A stretch of 61,109 bases of DNA, the filler included, from Piptocephalis cylindrospora (lineage: Eukaryota), in NCBI GenBank assembly GCA_003614145.1. It is 7 parts of 7 records of this genome, joined end to end, with 100 filler letters (N's around TTAATTAATTAA, not from the genome) between each part and the next. Parts side by side here need not be neighbours in the genome. Positions count along the whole stretch, not along the records: positions 26,379 to 35,017 come from KZ988135.1; positions 35,118 to 43,751 come from KZ988136.1; positions 43,852 to 52,452 come from KZ988137.1; 4 more parts are not named here. One strand, written 5' to 3'. Made by a program: the position numbers and the translations under genes. Positions 33,338-46,220 of the stretch are shown here, one piece after another. Every line of letters begins with the position of its first letter. The first letter of the stretch is position 1. The notes beneath the pieces were generated by a model that did not search any database, was not told the DNA's origin, and was given only the letters and a program-made list of their open reading frames with translations.

Positions 33338-35017
33338 AGTGGGATGGATAAGCCGATCCAGAAGGTTCGGTCAAGTATGGAAAAGTGTAATTTTGGTATC
33401 ACCCAAGTAAACTAGGAGTGGATGGTAGGGTCGTTGAGTGGTTGGATGGCGTAACGATCTTGGATCTTGCAAGAATGAAAGAGGCGTAAGGGTGCGTAAA
33501 CGTGTAGGATTGAAGAAGCTACCCGCGGGTCACTATGGGACAAGGGATAGGGGGAGGAGGAGGAAGTAGCGAGGGCAAAGAACTGGGCTGGGCAAGGTCT
33601 GATCATTACGTCTCAAGGCTTATTTATACTTGTTCAGACCAGTGCCATGAATGAGGCCTGGAGCCCATCGAAGAGAATTTTTATTGGTGACTCAGCTCTG
33701 GTCTACCCTGAAGCACCTGGCTAGTCTCGGGGTTTAAAAAACATCCTATCTCGCAAGGAAAAAAAAGAGCTCTGTAGCGTCTCCATTGTCCGAATGATGC
33801 GGGGATGAACAGAGCTAAAGGGGATGCTCGTGCTGCATTCAACAAGACCCGAGCCACGCTGCGAAGCGGGGAAGGGAAGGTATTGGTGGAGAAGGGGTCC
33901 TGTTCTCGCCTTGGGCAATGTGGTTATGCCGTGTGGCCCGCCGATGACTGCCTGGGGTCTGCCCGAAAGCATTGTGCCACCGGTCGTTGTTGATACTCCG
34001 CCCCTCCCAACGCTGATGTGCCTAGACCCTTTTTTTTCTTGCACAGGTCAGTGGATCTTTTCTATTCTAGCATTCGTTCTTTGAGGGGAGGTACTCAACG
34101 CTGCCCCAATTTACCAATGAATCAGAGTGTACTTTGTACAAGGGACGCTTTTCGGGTCATCCTTGTAACAGTACTGGATAATGGTCTAGGGCTGAGGCTA
34201 GGATGGTTGGGGCTGGAGACCAAGCCCCGCTCTGTTGGGCTACGTCAGAGTGAGCCATAATACTGGTAGCTCAGTCGTATTTAGGCCGACTCGGGTTCCT
34301 GCTATGCCACAGCCCCCTTCTATGCACAGTGGCTCCTTTTGATCAGTAATGCCAAGAATAGAATTGGGCATGGGGGTAGAGGGGAAGGTTGGTTGGCCGT
34401 GCTGGATGAAAAAGGACCTCGCTGACCCCACAGCATTTCATCAGAGCGGTGTTGGCATTACGGAGAATTGGTATGACTAAATGTGGCAGACGCTACTATG
34501 TGCGATACGTTTCGTGCATAAAGAACCATATCTTCTAGCAGGACGAATCAAATATGCCTTGGCTTGTATACAAAGGACCGCATCTCTCCACATTTTTTCC
34601 TTTCCCATCGATACACACGATCAGGACGAGCCCTCCCTATGCATACAGAGCATTTGACCCTACTATGATGGGACTCTATCAATCTAAGAACAGGATGGAT
34701 CAAGATACGTATTTCATGGCCAACAGTCAAAGATGTATGCGCGGAGTTCAAGAGCGATGGACGGCCTAGCACGAGATAGGGGCGTTTTCACGACCTCGTC
34801 GATTCAATGGGAATGCCATGATGAATAGGATCGTTGGCACGTTTGAGTCTGATGTAGGAGATAAGATTCAGATGGGGCATCACATCCAGCGTGTATGGCT
34901 GATAAGCGGGGGTCTAGCTGCCCTACTAGGTGATGGGCAGCTATGCGCACCTTATCCAGAGCTGCTCTCTCTCCCCAGTATGGTCTGCTTGCTTCAAACC
35001 CACCAATATTCCGTCAT

Positions 35018-35117
35018 NNNNNNNNNNNNNNNNNNNNNNNNNNNNNNNNNNNNNNNNNNNNTTAATTAATTAANNNNNNNNNNNNNNNNNNNNNNNNNNN
35101 NNNNNNNNNNNNNNNNN
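35018..35117. other. Artificial contig linker
   Basis: N44-TTAATTAATTAA-N44. Confidence 0.98.
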
Positions 35118-36077
35118 GGGGGGGATTTGAAAGGAGGGGAGGGAGAAATGAGATGGCCACGTATGGGGGCCACACTGCCTATGGAATGGTCACCCGGAGC
35201 CACGAAGACCCGTCTTGCCTCGCCAGTCTATTGGTTGTTGGTCATTAGGTACTGCTGGCTGGATCATAGTGAGAGCGTAACAGAAGGGCGTCGTGCACTC
35301 ATTGAGACACTATGACTCTCATAGGGGGACTACGATGGTCTATTGAGACACACACTATAACTCACGGAGAAACGACATTTCATTGAGGCACTATGACCCA
35401 CAGGAGATACGATGGCCCATCCCTACACACATAAAGGGTGTGAGGGAGAGGGAAATGGCCAATGAAAGAGAATAAATGTGGAAAGGCGAGAAGTAATTGG
35501 ATGAGATTCAAATAAAAGACATCTAATTGGTCATGAATATGTGAGCAAAGGGGGATAGATTTGTGTGTGTGTCTATATCTGTATCCATGTCTGTGTTTGT
35601 GTGTTTGTGCTTGTGCTTGTGGTGTGATGTAATAAAGTGTTTGTTCCTCCTGCTCTTCCCTATTCCCCTCCCTCCACCAAAGACAAAAGAGAGACAGACA
35701 AGCATGTCTATCATTGTGTCCTTATGGCCATCCTCTCCCCCCCCCCCCCCCCCCATTTCCCTTCTGGGATGCGAAAATAGGGTGGGGGAAAAAACGAAAG
35801 GGAAAGAGCGGGGGGGGCGGGGGGGAGGGGAAGGAAAGGGAGCGGGCCGATGATGATGATGGAAAAAGGAAGAATGCATACAAAGTGACTGGGTATAAAG
35901 GGTGTCTAGTTCATTTAGTCCAAGGGCGGGGGGCTAGAGGACAAGGGAAATGCACTGGGTCACCCCGGTACACTTGAGGATGGATTTCATTTCCATGGCC
36001 TTTGGGTGCAACAGCCTATGATGAGAGGGACAAGGATAAGATGGGATGGACCAGCACAGAGCTCGCTTCTACATCCT

Positions 36078-37324
36078 TTATGAGCGATACTCGCCCCCTT
36101 CATCCCCAAGGCACTCGGCGACCGTGGCAAAGCGATAGCCCAGCCTTTGTGCCAGTCGAATGGCCTGGGGAGCCAGCTGCAGCGATGTGGACCGGACCGG
36201 ATCATGCTGTAGGGCAATCCAGCCCTTACGCGAAGCTCCGGGGGCCTCGAGGGCCCGATGGTATGCATCCATGCTCGCAGCCACATTGTTGGGGTGCTCA
36301 GTATCCTGGGTCTCAATGTTCCATATCACCACCTTGTACCCCATATCATGTAGGATGCGACGGGCCATGGGTGAGGTGGACCCGTAGGGCGGGCGCATGT
36401 ACAGGGGGGAGCGGCCGATGATCTGGCGCAAAGCATCATCCAGCCGGGTCATCTCCTTGCGGACCTGAGCACCAGTCAGGGTTGCCAGGTCCTTATGGTC
36501 CCAGGTGTGCGAGGCAATCTGGTGGCCGTCATGGTAGGCCTGCTGGACAATTTCCCGGTTCTTGCGGGTAAGGATAGAGCCATAATTGTCCCCATTAACA
36601 AAAAACGTTGCCTTGACCCCATACTGATCCAGGGTTCGGAGGAGAGAGGGCGTGTAGATGTGCGGCCCATCATCAAATGTGAGGGCCAGGGTTTTTGGCT
36701 CGGTACACCCATAGATGGTCCCATCCTGGCTGAGGGCAGGCTGATCTGAGTCTAGGCAGGGAAAGAGGATGAGGAGTGAATCTACAAGGTCATGCATGAG
36801 CCGCATTATCTCGTGGTAGGCTTACCATCCGATCCCCATTCCCCCCCACCCTCCCCCTCATCCCCATCTTCCCTCTCACCCCTCTCATCCCCATCTTCAT
36901 CATCACTCCATCCAGCGCGGTCAAGGGGGGTTCTTGGCTCATGTCCATCCGGGCCAAGGTCTTCACGAGACATCTCCACGGAAGGAGAATTTGAGCGATG
37001 CTTGTCCTGCGCCGAAACCCCACTGGATGAGCTTGATGAACCAGGAGAGCCGTGGTTGACGGGTGGGGAGGACGGTTTAGAAGGGGTTTTACTGTCCTGT
37101 TCGATGGGAACGGGCTTGCCCATGAGCCCCATCGCTTCTAGGAATCCCAGGATGGATGAAGGGAACTGAGATGGAGGAGGGGGTTCACTGATCTGGTCGG
37201 CGGGACTGATCTGGTCGGCGGGACTGATCGGGTCGGCGGGACTGGCCTGGACCATGAGCCCCACTGATCCTAGGGTCCCCATGATGGTTAGATAAAGACA
37301 AATTCGATGATAAGATGGATTCAT
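36078..37324 (-). CDS. Secreted CE4 polysaccharide (chitin) deacetylase, 1 intron
   Basis: Signal peptide, (SPADQI)3 and a low-complexity linker, then TFDDGP, ATFFVNG, HQIASHTWDH, RPPYG, LQHD; intron approx 36824-36752. Confidence 0.92.
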
Positions 37325-38319
37325 GGTGAATGGAGGTTGAGCGAGAGATTGGGGGCAATGGGATGAAAGACAGACTCCTAGAAAGAGGGTAGTTATCCAG
37401 CCCTAAACTACCCTCTTGATTTATAAAAGAATTCAAAGGAGACATTACGGTTCAGGAAACACCGCAATCACCTTTTTCCCCCTGGGCATCTCTAGTCTCA
37501 GGAGGCGGGAGGGGGGAAGACGAGGAGGCGGGAAGAAAAGGAAGTGGAAGGGGGAAGACGAGGAGGTCAAAGGAGGGACAGCCCTTCCCCTGATTCATCG
37601 TGTCTTTCTCCTCCTGAACCTCCCATGTTCAGACACGGATGGATCATGAGGCAAGTCAATCCTATCTCCTCCCATACTGACCCAAAAGACCGAGGTGGGA
37701 TTGATCGGTGACGGAGTAAATTCAGCTGAGTTGGTTCTTTCGGATCAAGCAGCGGTGAATTTCCTTGTCATAGCAGAGGTACTCATCAGACATTCCTCCC
37801 CCCCCCCCTCCAATTGTCAGCGTGGTGTTATTTATCGCGTCATTCTCGGTTGGTTCGTCCTGAGCACGCTCCACCAAATTTCCATATCCATGGCGCTCCA
37901 ATCCTACCAACGAGGCGATTCACGACGGGCGGCACTTCAAACTCCCCGACATATCCTGGCTCGTTCAATTTCCATAAAACTGCCCCCCATCCTCGGCATT
38001 TTTTCCATTAAAATATTTCAATTCTCTCATCTATTTGGCCACACCCAACGACATACATACGCACACACACATACACAGATCCCAACCGCCGCGAGATTCT
38101 TTTCCCTCTCTTTCCCGAGGCTGTCGCTACCTCCACACACACCCCATTCCTTGTCCTATCACTCTCCTCTCAATCCACATCTCTTCCGTCCCGTACCATT
38201 CCGTACGCTTCCCCCCTTCCCGCTCGCTCCTTTCCTTTCTGTCTTGTCCCCGTCTCGACTCCCCCCTCCCAACCTCAGGAAATCCTCCCGACCCTCCTTT
38301 CCTCCTCTCTCCTTTCATC

Positions 38320-39830
38320 ATGCTAGCCTCCCGGGTTTCCTCGCGTGCCGCCATTGCCCGCTCCCTTCGGTCGTACAGTGCTGCTGCCACCGCCACCTCT
38401 TCGGCCCCCGCCTCGGGCTTGGGCTCCCAGTACTCGGAGACCACCAGTGCCTCCGGTGTCCGTGTCGCCTCCTTTGAAGACCAGTCCCCCGTCACCACCC
38501 TTTCCGTCGTCCTTCCCGCTGGATCGAGGTACGAGCCCGTGGAGAGCCCTGGTGTTTCCCACTTCCTCAAGGCCTTTGCTTTCAAGGTAAGGGCTGTGGA
38601 GGGAGGTGAACCCCGCCTTTCTGGCAATTATAACAACAACAACAGCAGCAGCAGCAGCAGCTCACACCTTCTCCCCCTCCTCACCGTAGAACACGACCAA
38701 GCGTACCGGGTTCCGTTTGACCCGTGAGGCTGAGCTTCAGGGCGCTACCCTATCCGCTGAGCTGGGCCGCGAGTTCCTCTGCTACACCGCCCGCTTCCTC
38801 CGTGACGACCTGTAAGAGGCCCCCTTCCCCCCTTCTCTCTACCTCCTGCCCCTTTCTCCTTCCTCACTCACCCCAATTTATCCCCTCTAGTCCCTACTTT
38901 GTCGAATCTCTCTCGGAGTCTATCCTGCACCCCCGGTTTGCTCACCATGAGTTGGCTGCTGTTCAGCGTCTGGTCGCTGCCGAGACCGCCCAGGCCATGG
39001 CTTCCCCCGAAGCCCTCCTTACGGATATCTTGCACCGGGCTGCCTATCGCTCCGGCCTCGGTAACTCCCTGTACGCCCACCAATCCTTGAATGAGGAGCA
39101 GGTCAAAAATTACCTGGGCTCCCGCTCCTCCGCCGGTATCTCCGTCGTCGCCAATGGCGCTGACCATGCCACCCTTTCCTCCCTCGTCCAGGAGGCCTTC
39201 AATGCCTCCTCCATCTCTGGCTCCGCCTCCCCTCCCTCCTCCATCTTCCATGGCGGTGAGGAGAGGTCCTTCCTTCCTGGTGCCAACCACTTTGCTATCG
39301 CTTGGGACGTCCAGAACTCCCGGGCCCCCGCCACCATCCTCGAGAAGCTCCTGGGCTCCTCAGGCCCCCGTGTCCGGTGGGGTGAGGGTGTCAGCCCCCT
39401 GGCCTCCCTCTCCACCCGTCTCGCCGATACCACAGTCACTGCCCTTCAGTTCACCTACACTGACGCTGCCCTCCTCACCCTGGCTACCTCCGGTCCCCGC
39501 GCCGCCGAGGCCGCCAAGTCCGCCGTCGCTGAACTTCGCAAGGTCGCCGAAGGCTCCATCACTTCCGAGTCCCTGTCTCGTGCCATCAAGACCGCCAAGA
39601 TGGACTTTGTCTCGGGTCGTGAACTCGGTCCGGACCGTGCCCTCTCCATCGCCTCTGACGCTGGTCTCGGCGTCAAGCGTGTTGGCTTTGCCGATATCCA
39701 CTCTGCCCTCGACTCTGTGACTGCTCAGCAGGTCCAAGATCTGGCCAAGTCCCTCCTTAAAGCCAAGCCTGCCACCGCTGCCGTCGGTAACCTCAATGCC
39801 CTTCCCTATGCCAATGACCTTGGGCTGTAA
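38320..39830 (+). CDS. QCR2: Cytochrome bc1 core protein 2 (M16 family), 2 introns
   Basis: Mitochondrial presequence, AGSRYE..GVSHFLKAFAFK, GLGNSLY, VRWGEG.SPL, AAVGNLNALPYANDLGL. Confidence 0.9.
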
Positions 39831-41740
39831 GGAGGATTTCATCCATGCGATCGGGAAGGAAGGGAGAAGAGAGGGGGGGCGAGGCGAGACGGGGATTTCT
39901 CCCCCTTATTCACTCTCTCTCCTGTCACTGGGGCGTGTGAATGAGGCGACGAGGATGCTATTTCCTTGAGAGAAAGGATAGGACGTGAGGAGACAACAAC
40001 GTAGAAGCTCTTTCTTTTTCACTCTTTTTGGCCCGTCTCTTGTTCACACAATGGCATGGGGACTTTATGGATGTTCTACACTTACTTTTGCAATGAATGT
40101 GATATCCTAGCTGGTTAGAAAAACTATATTCCTATGTATTTATCGCAATGTGATTATTATTCATGATAACGAAACCATTCGTCTATCGGAGACTGGACTG
40201 GCTGAACACAGTTGATGGGTTGCGTTCGAAGCACCTAACGATGCCTACACAGAATACGGTAAATATCACATCAATTATGCGCACACACAACTTATCTGCG
40301 CGAGAATTGAAGGTCCCTTCGTCTCGACTGGCATCAATGTCTGGAAGATGATGAATGGTCGGTGTATACTCTCTACTATTTGGAAGGCATCCCTATCCTC
40401 CTCCCCCTATACACGCTCACCTTTGCATGCTCATCTCAGCAGAGACCAGTGAAGGACAGATAGTCAGTGGGCCTTGATTCCCAGCAAATCCAAGCATATC
40501 TCCATAGCCATCTTGGGGTTGAGCTTCCTTAGTTAGAAAGCTGCAGCCTATGGGATAAGTTACGGGAGGCTTTGCTTATACTTTGGGTGTCAGATAACGC
40601 TAAAGGCACTCCTTACCTGCTGAGACAGGCAGTGAAATGTGTGAGTGAGGTATGATGAACCTTGCAATCCAAGACAGGATGGATGGCAATGTGAACCAGA
40701 GAGCACAGCAGAGAAAATAGTATGTGTACACGCACAAAATGAGGATGAATCCACGCGAGATCTGAGACTACGCCCCCGCTCTTTTTTGACCAGGACCTAC
40801 CCTTTTCTTTCCATGTTCAAGTCTCCTTAATAAGCAGGGCACCACTCTTGCTGCCATATCCTCGCCTCTCCATACTATCCCAATTCACTTCATCCGGCTC
40901 TGTTTCCGCTCAGGATCACCTGCCCTGGATCCCCTCCTGGACGGGCCAGCGGAGATTGAACTCTGTGTCACCACCATACACCACATCCGTCTGTATAAGC
41001 AATTTCAGTCATGGATATACACTTATTGGTCACTCCATGATCTATTCATCTCTCTCCGCTTATAGGGATGTTCGAGGGTTTCCCTTTTCAGTAATGGTAG
41101 TCCAGTTCTTGTATACTCTCCACCCCACAAGCTGACATATTCAGGTGTTTTCCCATTCCAATTCCGATTCCGCTCAGGTTCATTGTCTCATCGCACACCA
41201 GCCGAATACCAATCAGGACGTGAGGCTCTCCTTACCATTTGTCGGGCCTCATATCGTTTTGTTAGAGGTAAACAAACGGCATCTAGGTCGCGAGAACAGC
41301 AACCTTCTCAATAGAAAATCCCTTTGAGACAATAGACCCATTAAGCTGGCACCGCCTAGTCACGCCATTGGTGATAGATGCATCGGAGGACCGGTTTTTG
41401 GAGTATCAAGTCACCTTTTCTCATCCCTGTAAGCGGAGATAAGGTATGGGAACGTTTGAATGTCAAGGGAGATACACTAAACGATTTCTACTGAATCTCT
41501 CATGATCTGTCCGTCTTGGATCTGCTCATGGGACATTGTAGTGTTCATAGCCGTTTGAATATAGTGGGAATGTGAGTGTTCGGACGGAAACGATCGTATC
41601 TTCTGTTTCTTTGAGGAGATTCAAAACGAGGATCGTTAAGTATAAAATGTTTGGTGGCTCACCAAATTTCTCTACCCATCTCTGAACGATCTATCCTTCT
41701 TTCTCCCTCTCCAGCTCCCTCTCCACCACCGCCTCTCTGT

Positions 41741-41790
41741 CCCTCTCTCTCTCTCTCTCTCTCTCTCTCGCTCTCTCTCTCGCTCTCTCT
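41741..41790. repeat. (CT)n microsatellite
   Basis: CT dinucleotide run upstream of the 41922 ORF. Confidence 0.85.
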
Positions 41791-41921
41791 TCCATCGACT
41801 GTCAAGCAGGAACTGTCAGTCCATCCAATCTTCTTCCTCCCCCACACCTACATTTCATCAGTCCTCGGACTAGAACAACCATCTCGCCCAGTTACACACC
41901 CCCTCATCCGCTCTTTTAAAG

Positions 41922-42992
41922 ATGACATGTCGATCCTTGATCTTTCTGGTCCTTTCCGCCGTTCTACTGGCCTCGGTTGCCCTCGCCAGTCCCAAGGGTG
42001 GTGGGGGCCGTGGAGGAGGTGGCGGCAGTAAGGGTAGTGGTGGTAGTGGTAGGGGCAGTAGCAGTGGTGGTAGTAGTAGTGGTAGGGGCAGTAGCAGTGG
42101 CGGTAGTGGTAGCATTGGCAATAGTAACAAGGGTGGCGCCAGTGGCGGCAGTCATGGCAGTACTGTCAGCGGTTCCAACCTGTCCGGCGGAAAGTACACA
42201 AGTTCGTCGGGAGGCTACTATCCCATCATCATGCCTGTTCCAATCCCGTATCACCATTCAGGACACTACTATGGCAGCAACCCCAATGGCCATGCCCAAG
42301 ATTCTTCCAATTCCTCGACCCCAGAAATTACATTCTCCTCAATGGACAAAGAGGTTGGATTTTACGAGGCACATCCCCTTGCGTCCTACCCAACTCGAGT
42401 AGTCTTCAAGAATCTGATAGCCAAAACCAGGCTTGTCCATACTGGTGCACCGGCTTTCACCAACCTGAAAGACCAGGATGTCACCGGGCCAGAAGCTGAA
42501 TGGGAAATTCGGTGGACCACCATGGATTATGCAATCCCCAACACCGGATACAAAGAGGTTCCGGTATTCCAGATCACTTTGAATGGGGGCACCTCTTGCT
42601 TAACCAGTCGTGCCCTCAGCCATGTCCCAAATCCAGACAACTCTACCGAGATGATCGATTCCTATGATGTTGGAACCATGCCTGCCTTTGATGACTGTAA
42701 CAAGAATGGCTTTGCTGATACCCTCTTCTCTGGATCCCCAATTGGTAGCACCCCTACACTCACACTGGATACCCCCGAAAAATCCGCTCTCTTTGACGAA
42801 TTCGCCGCCACCCTGTGGTTTGGTACGGATGACCCCGATGATAATGGAAGTGCCTTCCACATCAACAGTTACCAAGGTGCCCTTCGTGCACTCTGGACTT
42901 GCATGCGCGAGGATGGAACGCTCCAGCGCTGCACTAATGGTATTGCCGACCTACAATGGAACATTGATGACCTCACCCCCGCTTCTTCATGA
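41922..42992 (+). CDS. Secreted Gly/Ser-rich protein with Cys-containing, possibly ricin-B-like C-terminal domain
   Basis: Signal peptide, G/S-rich stretch, YYPIIMPVPIPY, then SCLT..DDC and TCMREDGTLQRCTNGIADLQWNI. Confidence 0.75.
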   Translation: MTCRSLIFLVLSAVLLASVALASPKGGGGRGGGGGSKGSGGSGRGSSSGGSSSGRGSSSGGSGSIGNSNKGGASGGSHGSTVSGSNLSGGKYTSSSGGYYPIIMPVPIPYHHSGHYYGSNPNGHAQDSSNSSTPEITFSSMDKEVGFYEAHPLASYPTRVVFKNLIAKTRLVHTGAPAFTNLKDQDVTGPEAEWEIRWTTMDYAIPNTGYKEVPVFQITLNGGTSCLTSRALSHVPNPDNSTEMIDSYDVGTMPAFDDCNKNGFADTLFSGSPIGSTPTLTLDTPEKSALFDEFAATLWFGTDDPDDNGSAFHINSYQGALRALWTCMREDGTLQRCTNGIADLQWNIDDLTPASS

Positions 42993-43751
42993 TTCTGAAA
43001 CACTCGGAGGACAAGATGGCCATCAAACCATTTATCCATGACCTATCTACTTGGCGCGGAAGGAGATTTCCATTCCCGGTTTATCTTTTTCGATAGATTA
43101 TCTTGTCTGGTACACATGATCTATACGGGTTTTGCCTCAATGAGGATACTTTTTTTGGTAGCTATGAATAACTCCTTGACTGTCATGTCTTTTTTGATAT
43201 CAATGTAAAAACAGCTGCTACCACTCTTTGATCGTTTTCTAATTTGATAGGGAAGAGGCAAAGGCTCATTGCCTCCATCCCATTGTTTCCTACCCTGAAT
43301 CCTTTGGAGGTCGTCCCTTACAGAGTTGGTTGAATCTTCGGCTTGAAGGAAATTCAATGAGCATTGCATCACTTGTCCATAGATTCATAGTATTTTCAAG
43401 ATTCCCACATCCCATTCCATTGATCACTGTGCTTCTCTGATGCGCACTTGAATGACCCATCCTCCCTCCCTTCCATTCTCTCCATATTTAGTACCAAGTC
43501 AGGTTTGGTTCTGCCCTTTCTCTTTGTCCTCCTCACTCCCTCATTCGCCCGCATACCACCGCAAGAATATCGATTGGATGGGAAAACAAATAGCGCCTAA
43601 AAATGCAACACTAAACTTTATATACAGAATCAGGATTTTCTTTGGATTGTCTCGAGTAGCAAACATACCCAACTCTTGTACAAGCGTAAGCTGAAAATTA
43701 CCTTTGGCTCCACGCTCGTCCCTCAATGTATGCTCCTTCTGCACTCTCAAA

Positions 43752-43851
43752 NNNNNNNNNNNNNNNNNNNNNNNNNNNNNNNNNNNNNNNNNNNNTTAAT
43801 TAATTAANNNNNNNNNNNNNNNNNNNNNNNNNNNNNNNNNNNNNNNNNNNN
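43752..43851. other. Artificial contig linker
   Basis: N44-TTAATTAATTAA-N44. Confidence 0.98.
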
Positions 43852-44713
43852 AGAAGAGTCCTCCTTGAACCATGAACCATATTGCCATCAAGCGGGGAAT
43901 GAGCGGAGCGTAGAGAAAAAGGAGAAGGGGAGAGGGGGGAGAGGCAAGGGGCATGGGATGTGAGTGGTGAGAACGAAGTGTGGGGGGTCTTTTGTGGCTT
44001 TGATTAGCACCTTTTCATCGATGAATACGATATTTCGGGGTTAATTTGATAATTCAACGCAGGTAAAGTGTGTACGAAATTGAGCGAGCCTCAGACAGAA
44101 CGGTATGGCTACACCCTACCAGGCGCCATGCACCATCCCACATTCGCCGATGACTGGGGATAGAGAGCGATAAAAAAAGGACTTGTAGGCGGGGCCTGAA
44201 AAAGAAACAGTGACAACTCGTGGAGAAAGGGTCCAAATTTAGATGGGGCCAGCCTCTGCATCGTGTCCAGGTCTTGGGGGGGAAAGCTGGAGTGTCGGGT
44301 GGTCTTGGCACCATGTCTTTCGAGAGCCTGGAAAACGCTTCTAGAGGGAGGAGGTACGACTCATTGTGGCCCTGCCACGGGAAAGGACGCCTTTGTCCTT
44401 GGGAGGGCACGGCTGGAGCTCCTCGAGGTTACGTGACCCATTTAAGACGGTCGTTAAAAGCTGCTCTTGTCCATATTCAGCAGAACAGGCATGGAATGGT
44501 CTAGGACCCAATCACCTTAATGGTGATATCCGAGTAGGATATGGAGAAAAAGGCACCATCTAGAGATGTGGTCAGCAGGAGTGTCTCTTTGTATGCTCTG
44601 GCGCAGTTACTTTGTTCCAGATATTTGGAAAGTGTGCCCATGGGCTTTTGGTGTGGAGACTCCATTTCCCCACTTGATGGCAATATGGTTCATGGTTCAA
44701 GGAGGACTCTTCT
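43852..44713. repeat. Inverted repeat pair (about 48 bp) bounding an 860-bp non-coding segment; possible non-autonomous TIR element
   Basis: AGAAGAGTCCTCCTTGAACCATGAACCATATTGCCATCAAG(C/T)GGGGAA at 43852 and its reverse complement ending at 44713. Confidence 0.75.
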
Positions 44714-45427
44714 TGGCTAAATCTTACTGCACCTCATTTTGATTTGGGCCTGTCAATGACGTACTTGACCCGTTTCTATCTCAGTCATCCTTTTGTCACT
44801 CTTTGCACCTCTCCAATGAATCTCATAGCGCTTATATCACACACCAAAGAGGGAGGAGGGGCTGGCCTTCGTTTGGTGCGCGAACCGTTCAGCATTCACT
44901 GATCACCTCAGCCCAGACTATCCTCAATGGCGGGATCAGTCGTCTCCTATATCCCTTGCTCCTGGGTGCGTGGGAGTTGATATGCTTGTCTTGGTCACTG
45001 AGTCAACCAATCTATTCATACTGTTTATCTTTCCTGGTGACCTGCCTCAAGGACCACAAATGTCCCCATCCCCATAGAGATGCGTGTTTGAGGAGGTAAC
45101 ACACACGGCCCCCTCCATAGTTGTGTTCTTGATTGAGGAGCGGGGTAGAGGGACACTTTCCGTTGTCCAATCTCATCTGCTAGCAATATCCCGAGAAGTT
45201 AGGATCCCTTGAAGGATCGGACTCTGACGAGGAGGGGAAAATGATCTTGCGAGAAGGATAAAACAATGACTTGCGACTTGTAAATTTTACGGAATAGGTC
45301 AAACGCCTCTTCTTTCTCTTCTTCCTTGTTTCCCTATCTACTAACGAACCCTGATAGCTCGCTACTTGCTTTTTCCTATCAGCCATCCCATCCCATTGCT
45401 CTCTCTATTCACCATTACGACGGTACT

Positions 45428-45892
45428 ATGCGCCTTTACGCTCTTACACTCCTCTTCTCTCTGACCATACTGGTCATTCATGTCTCGGGAGAAAAGAAAC
45501 ATAGGACATTTCCGCATTGTTATTGTGGAAATGAAAATAACCTCCAGATTACCAGCTGGCTCAGTGGCGTCACTCCTCTAGTTGAGGGCGCAGGTAGTTG
45601 CATTGGTGAGAAAAAGAACAAGAGTCCTGATGGTAGTCGTGATGATTGTCGTAATTATGAAGTCCAAAGGCAGTGTTACTGCCCCCAAAAGGGGATATCT
45701 ACCGACACAGACAGAAATGGATGCACTCCGGATGAGATCAGGCGGCGCTGCCGCATCGTTCTTGTCCATGATGAGTTCAAGTTTCCTTCCCGGCGCGATA
45801 AAGTAAGAGGGTCGAGAGAGCGCACCTTCACCAAATCTTCCCATCCTAGTGCTCCCTCCACTCCTATTCGAGAGCGTATAGAATGGATGTAG
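45428..45892 (+). CDS. Small secreted cysteine-rich protein (154 aa, 8 Cys)
   Basis: Signal peptide MRLYALTLLFSLTILVIHVSG; two CYC motifs. Confidence 0.72.
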   Translation: MRLYALTLLFSLTILVIHVSGEKKHRTFPHCYCGNENNLQITSWLSGVTPLVEGAGSCIGEKKNKSPDGSRDDCRNYEVQRQCYCPQKGISTDTDRNGCTPDEIRRRCRIVLVHDEFKFPSRRDKVRGSRERTFTKSSHPSAPSTPIRERIEWM

Positions 45893-46220
45893 TGTGCCAT
45901 CTTATCCCCCATCCTACTCTTTCCTCTCTCGTGCAATATCTCTCTCTTTTCTACTCCATGAACGATTCATGAGCCTGTGACGATGAACAATACAATACAC
46001 TTTAGCAATAACCATTCCCCAAACACAAATGTATTTGTATTTGTATAGGAGGAAAAGATGGTGTGACGGAGGTTTATGGAGTGAATCACAGGCATGCATG
46101 TGCCATGCTAAAGGGACACAAGATGGGTCTCATTGAAAGATAGCCTCCTTATACGGGCCATACCTGACAGCACCGCACATTACTGATCCCTATCCCCACT
46201 CTTTTTATCAACACGATGAC

